Shown: positions 15,454-18,721 of the stretch, piece by piece
Position numbering within the stretch: the first letter of the stretch is position 1
Layout: each line of letters starts with the position of its first letter
DNA from: an uncultured archaeon
GTDB lineage: Archaea > Aenigmatarchaeota > Aenigmatarchaeia > CG10238-14 > SCSR01
DNA: 18,721 nt
Direction of reading: 5' to 3'
NCBI GenBank assembly: GCA_964601215.1
Contig: CAZRMN010000016.1
Location: forward strand, 1-18,721
The notes under the pieces: generated by a model
Database searches by the model: none
Told to the model about the DNA's origin: nothing
What the model saw: the letters and a program-made list of their open reading frames with translations, nothing else
Made by a program: the position numbers and the translations under genes

Positions 15454-16056
15454 ATGAAAAAGGCGATATTTTTAATCTTATTGTTTTCTTTTATTTTTCT
15501 TCAAACAGGAAAAAGTATAAGAGAAACTCCAACTTTGCCCATGAATCTTTCTGTAATAAGTTTTTATTCTATAGAAATAAGTGATAAGTTAGCTGAAGGA
15601 ATTCTATTTACCAATTTAACTGGTTCTGAACTAAACGTTCAATATCCTTTGCTCGCAGGTTCTTTTGATAACAATGCAACTTTTAATTACAATAAAACTA
15701 ATCAAAAAACAGAGTATTGGGTTTATGTTTCTGGTAATATGTTAGTAGATATTTGCCAAGGAGCGAAATATAATTTATGCTCTAACTTAACTTGTGTTGG
15801 TCCAGGAAATTATGAAATTTATATTAGCAACGTAACTTGGAACAGTTCAAAAATAAACGATGCACAAAATCCTTCTCTTTTAAACTCGATTCCAATGGTT
15901 CTAGGCTTTGATAATAACAATAAAATAACTCAAATCCAGCCAGGAGAATACGTTTACTTGAGGTACTGGCTAGACGTCCCTCCAAATTTTCCTCCTTATA
16001 ATTATAGTACGATTTATCAAGTTCAAGCAGTACCTTCTGGTGGTACATGTGTTTAA
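15454..16056 (+). CDS. secreted Cys-containing glycoprotein, family 'A' paralog 1
   Basis: It has an N-terminal signal peptide (MKKAIFLILLFSFIFLQTG). The motifs ETPTLPMN...ILFTNLTG..NVQYP..NNATFNYN..KTEYWVYV..DICQ..NLCSNLTCVGPGNYEIYISNVTW..YVYLRYWLDVPP are shared with the ORFs at 17360-18040 and 18272-window edge. Confidence 0.7.
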   Translation: MKKAIFLILLFSFIFLQTGKSIRETPTLPMNLSVISFYSIEISDKLAEGILFTNLTGSELNVQYPLLAGSFDNNATFNYNKTNQKTEYWVYVSGNMLVDICQGAKYNLCSNLTCVGPGNYEIYISNVTWNSSKINDAQNPSLLNSIPMVLGFDNNNKITQIQPGEYVYLRYWLDVPPNFPPYNYSTIYQVQAVPSGGTCV

Positions 16057-16639
16057 AAAATTAATTTGTATAGCATTAGTATTAGCTTTAATTAAGCCTA
16101 CTTATGCAACAAGAGGTCTAGGCATAGGACCTGCAAAAATGAACATTTCTGTTAGTCCAGGAGAAGAACACTTATTTTATCTAATTCTTTTTAATCCAGG
16201 TGACGCAGATGAAAACGTGAGTTTAAAAGCTTACTGTTTGAACTGTCTAAGAGATTATAAGATTTTTGGGTTTTATGTGGGTAAGGTAAACTATACAGAA
16301 GATTTCTTAAGATTTCCAAAAACAATAAAAGTTGAAAAAAATACTACTCATCTGGAAGGAAAATTTGTAGAAATTAACATAAAAGTCCCAAAATTTGTTA
16401 GATCTCAAATTATTCTTGGAAATAAAACTATTTCATCCTATATTCTGGCATCGAATTTAAAACAGCTTGACTTCAGAATTGTTGCTACTGCTGGCGAAAA
16501 AACAAAAATTTCTGTAGTAAGCGATTTAAAAGTAAAAATAAAGGAAGAAACGAATTATTTTCCAGTTTTTTTAATAATTTTCTTTCTAGTTTTAATTTTT
16601 TTGATAAAAAAAACTACTTTGATTTTTTCTTTCTTTTAA
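16049..16639 (+). CDS. signal-peptide / C-terminal TM-anchored protein, family 'B' paralog 1
   Basis: The tool's start is GTG 16040. GTG 16049 gives MFKKLICIALVLALIKPTYA|TRGLGIGP and is preceded by GGTGG 7 nt upstream. It overlaps the A1 stop by 8 bp. The core GIGPAKMNISVSPG...NPGDADENVSLKAYCLNC...GKV aligns with the paralog at 16614-17318. The C-terminus has a hydrophobic anchor. Confidence 0.65.
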   Translation: MFKKLICIALVLALIKPTYATRGLGIGPAKMNISVSPGEEHLFYLILFNPGDADENVSLKAYCLNCLRDYKIFGFYVGKVNYTEDFLRFPKTIKVEKNTTHLEGKFVEINIKVPKFVRSQIILGNKTISSYILASNLKQLDFRIVATAGEKTKISVVSDLKVKIKEETNYFPVFLIIFFLVLIFLIKKTTLIFSFF

Positions 16640-17318
16640 AAAATTTGTAAATTCTTCTGAAACCAATTTTCCAAAGAATGAAAAGAATTACACAAATTAT
16701 TATAAGAATGATTATTATTAAGCTCCCGAGAGGTATCCCTTTTATATGCATGTTCAAGTCAGCACCTACTGCTGGAGTTGCTCCCATCGCTCCAAAAGTA
16801 GACCAAACAGCTGAAATAGTTATTCCACCTTTTATTTCCTTTTCATCTATTAGTAAAGTGTAATAAGGAATGGAAAATTCACCAGTATAACTTGGATTAA
16901 TTCCTCTAACCAAAAAGTTTATTTCCTCTGGAGTGGAAATCACAAGTTCTTTTTTAACCCAAATACTTGGAGTAATGTGTACTGTTATTGGAATAGCAGC
17001 TTCTGGACCAGTATGGTTTGGTACATAAACTTCTTCTGGGTCAAAAGTGAAAAATTGTCTATAGTCTTCCCTTACTTTACCTATACGCCAGCCAAAAAAA
17101 TAAGCATCACTTTCGCAATTCTCGCATTCAAAAGTAACTTTTGCTTTAATGTCATAATCTCCTGGGTTGTAAACTATTAGAGTAGCAGAGTAAGGATTTC
17201 CTATGCTTGTTCTAATGTTAAGCCTAGTAGGACCCATTCCAATTCCTACACCTGCAAAAACAGAAGGAATAGAAATAAGAAAAAAGAATACAATAAAAAC
17301 AAATAACGCTCTTTTCAT
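16614..17318 (-). CDS. signal-peptide / C-terminal TM-anchored protein, family 'B' paralog 2
   Basis: ATG at 17318. MKRALFVFIVFFFLISIPSVFA|GVGIGMGPTRLNIRTSIG...NPGDYDIKAKVTFECENC...GKV is followed by a C-terminal TM helix and a basic tail (RRIYKFFKRKKKSK). Its 3' end overlaps paralog 1's 3' end by 26 bp in convergent orientation. Confidence 0.7.
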   Translation of the reverse strand: MKRALFVFIVFFFLISIPSVFAGVGIGMGPTRLNIRTSIGNPYSATLIVYNPGDYDIKAKVTFECENCESDAYFFGWRIGKVREDYRQFFTFDPEEVYVPNHTGPEAAIPITVHITPSIWVKKELVISTPEEINFLVRGINPSYTGEFSIPYYTLLIDEKEIKGGITISAVWSTFGAMGATPAVGADLNMHIKGIPLGSLIIIILIIICVILFILWKIGFRRIYKFFKRKKKSK

Positions 17319-17359
17319 GTTTTCACTAAATTACTGTATTTTTTTAATATTTAAAAGTT

Positions 17360-18040
17360 TTAACAGTCGCATTCGCCGCAATCCAATGAAGCTTCTACTA
17401 TTTTGAATCTGTAAGTTGTATTGTATGTACCTGAAGTTATTGTATCTGGATAAGGATTAAGCCAATACCTTAAGTAAATATAAGCATCCTTGTATTCGGG
17501 CATGCTTGCATTTACTACTTGATAAACGTCTGTTCCTGGAGGTGGAAAACTGTATTGAGGCGTGTCGTCCACACCAGTTGCTGAAGTAGCGTTTGCCCAT
17601 CTTACACCCTCGCTATCTGGTTCGCTTGGAACATAAATGTACATATAATCTACATTTTTTTGGCAGTCTCCTCCCGAACATGTCAAGTTATTGCAAACAC
17701 AGTGACAAACTTTTGTCGGTGCTGTATTTGTATCAAAGGTATGTACCCAATACATCGTTCCATAGTTTGTATCATCTCCATAATTTTCTGTTGCATTGTT
17801 CCAATAATCCATTTGAGTTATTGGATATTGGATGTGCCTAGTTGTTGCGTTTGTGAAAAATATTCCTAAGGAAAGATTTCCTGAAAGTTCAAAGCCAATT
17901 ACTTGCTGAATGCTTGCATTCATTGGAACTGTCTGGGTTTCTGTTGCAAATATGTTTGGCATGCTTACTATTGCAACTATTACTAAAGCTGCTAAGAGAA
18001 CTATGAATGCTATTGAGGTTATCCCTCTCCTCAATTCCAT
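17360..18040 (-). CDS. secreted Cys-rich glycoprotein, family 'A' paralog 2
   Basis: The tool's start at 18064 is a TTG. The first ATG at 18040 gives MELRRGITSIAFIVLLAALVIVAIVSMPNIFA|TETQTVPMN.... The mature region aligns with A1 (ET.T.PMN.S...GI.FTN.T...QYP...NNAT.NY...YW...C.C.NLTC.GG...YIYLRYWL). The C-terminus has a CGECDC motif. A tttatatt box lies ~25-31 nt upstream of the ATG, so the transcript is possibly leaderless. Confidence 0.7.
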   Translation of the reverse strand: MELRRGITSIAFIVLLAALVIVAIVSMPNIFATETQTVPMNASIQQVIGFELSGNLSLGIFFTNATTRHIQYPITQMDYWNNATENYGDDTNYGTMYWVHTFDTNTAPTKVCHCVCNNLTCSGGDCQKNVDYMYIYVPSEPDSEGVRWANATSATGVDDTPQYSFPPPGTDVYQVVNASMPEYKDAYIYLRYWLNPYPDTITSGTYNTTYRFKIVEASLDCGECDC

Positions 18041-18071
18041 ATATAAAATTTGAATTCTGTCCAATATAAAT

Positions 18072-18263
18072 TTATTTTTTCAAATAGCAAAGAGAAACTA
18101 CCCCAATTCTCCTTTGTTCTACTTTATTGCTTTTAACTAAAGCAAAAATGTATTTGGAAACTGTGTTTCTGTGCAGGTTTGTCTTTCGAGAAATGTCCAT
18201 TATAGTTAAACCTTCTGGATGCTTAGAAAGTACTCTAATTATCTTTTCTTCTGTTTCATTCAT
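18072..18263 (-). CDS. small winged-helix (wHTH) DNA-binding protein, putative local transcription regulator
   Basis: The tool's start at 18278 is a TTG that overlaps the upstream gene. The first ATG at 18263 is preceded by AGGA. The region IIRVLSKHPEGLTIMDISRKTNLHRNTVSKYIFALVKSNKV is a classic HTH plus wing. The protein is ~63 aa. Confidence 0.65.
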   Translation of the reverse strand: MNETEEKIIRVLSKHPEGLTIMDISRKTNLHRNTVSKYIFALVKSNKVEQRRIGVVSLCYLKK

Positions 18264-18271
18264 TTTATCCT

Positions 18272-18721
18272 TTAGCAAGGTTCTTCCTCTCCCACGGCTT
18301 TAAAGACTACAGTAGAGTTGTACTTTCCAGAAGGTACTCCAGGAGGTGCGTAGAACCAATACCTTATGTAAATGGTTTGATCGACTGGTAAACTGTATGC
18401 AACTCTGTTACCAGTGGAATAACTTAAAGTCAAATTATTAACAGTAGTAAAAGCTGGATAGGTCAAGTTGTTGTAAGTTGAGTTGCTCCAGGTTACATTA
18501 CCAATATAAATTTCATAATTTCCGCAAGTTTCTCCTGGTGTGCAAATCATGTTTGCATTGGCTTTCTGGCATATATCTATAGGAGCAGTTCCATTGTTAG
18601 TAATCCAATATTCTGTTTTATTGTCGGAAGCATTGTAATTCCACGTAGCGTTATTATACCAACCTATTCTTACATTATACTGAGTATTAGTTTGAGCTCC
18701 TGTTTCATTCGTGAAGAATAT
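18272..18721 (-). CDS. secreted Cys-containing glycoprotein, family 'A' paralog 3 (partial; 5' end off-window)
   Basis: Hand translation shows the frame is open from the window edge. The segment IFFTNETGAQTNTQYNVRIGWYNNATWNYNASDNKTEYWITNNG..DICQKANANMICTPGETCGNYEIYIGNVTW...TIYIRYWFYAPPGVPSG..EEEPC* aligns along its whole length with A1 and A2. The ATG at 18550 chosen by the tool is internal. Confidence 0.65.
   Translation of the reverse strand: MFFTNETGAQTNTQYNVRIGWYNNATWNYNASDNKTEYWITNNGTAPIDICQKANANMICTPGETCGNYEIYIGNVTWSNSTYNNLTYPAFTTVNNLTLSYSTGNRVAYSLPVDQTIYIRYWFYAPPGVPSGKYNSTVVFKAVGEEEPC

Noticed and set aside
17957-18040. Class III (type-IV-pilin-like) signal peptide in A2 (MELRRG|ITSIAFIVLLAALVIVAIV)
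   Set aside because: The K/R-G followed by a ~21-aa hydrophobic stretch does fit prepilin-peptidase substrates. However, alignment with A1 and A3 places the conserved mature region (ET.T.PMN) after a Sec-type AxA-like site (NIFA|TETQ). A1 has an ordinary Sec-like leader. I therefore leave this as ambiguous rather than calling pilins.
15269-18064. Small ORFs 15269-15457, 15824-16048, 16678-16863, 16977-17180, 17203-17406, 17593-17841, 17660-17869
   Set aside because: They overlap better-supported genes (the A/B paralogs and the 662-aa gene) in other frames, and they show no family resemblance.
1-18721. CRISPR arrays, tRNA/rRNA genes, transposases/integrases, phage genes
   Set aside because: There are no regularly spaced direct repeats. 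No cloverleaf-like GC-rich islands are present in this AT-rich DNA. None of the translated ORFs has DDE, tyrosine-recombinase or capsid/terminase-like motifs.

Overview
This is an AT-rich window, with a K/E-rich, N/S/T-rich proteome and Shine-Dalgarno-like sites before several genes. A standalone TRAM-domain protein and surface proteins dense in N-x-S/T sequons make an archaeal origin most likely, possibly a DPANN- or methanogen-like lineage, but I cannot confirm this from sequence alone. Positions 1-5560 carry ordinary housekeeping or conserved-hypothetical genes: an HD phosphohydrolase, a Zn-ribbon protein, an SPFH/stomatin-like protein, an AIM24/TIGR00266-like protein, membrane proteins, a TRAM-domain protein, a DUF72 protein, and the 3' remnant of a PflA-like radical-SAM activase gene. 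From about 5553 to the right-hand edge the window holds what looks like an accessory cell-surface locus. On the minus strand it begins with a tightly coupled operon: a 662-aa multi-beta-sandwich (CARDB-like) type-I membrane protein, then a 2196-aa giant protein, then a ~313-aa coiled-coil protein, then an HPF/RaiA-like small protein. The giant protein has a signal peptide, beta-propeller repeats, many Ig-like domains, a Cys/Pro-Thr stalk, one TM helix and a cytoplasmic FtsK/HerA-superfamily P-loop ATPase. Downstream of it lie two inverted copies of a two-gene module, 'A' (secreted Cys-containing glycoprotein, three paralogs, one running off the window) followed by 'B' (signal peptide, GIGP...NPGD...CxNC core, C-terminal TM anchor, two paralogs), plus a small wHTH regulator. 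No rRNA, tRNA, CRISPR, transposase or integrase is recognisable. The ORF track labels TTG and GTG starts as M, so I re-examined several starts.
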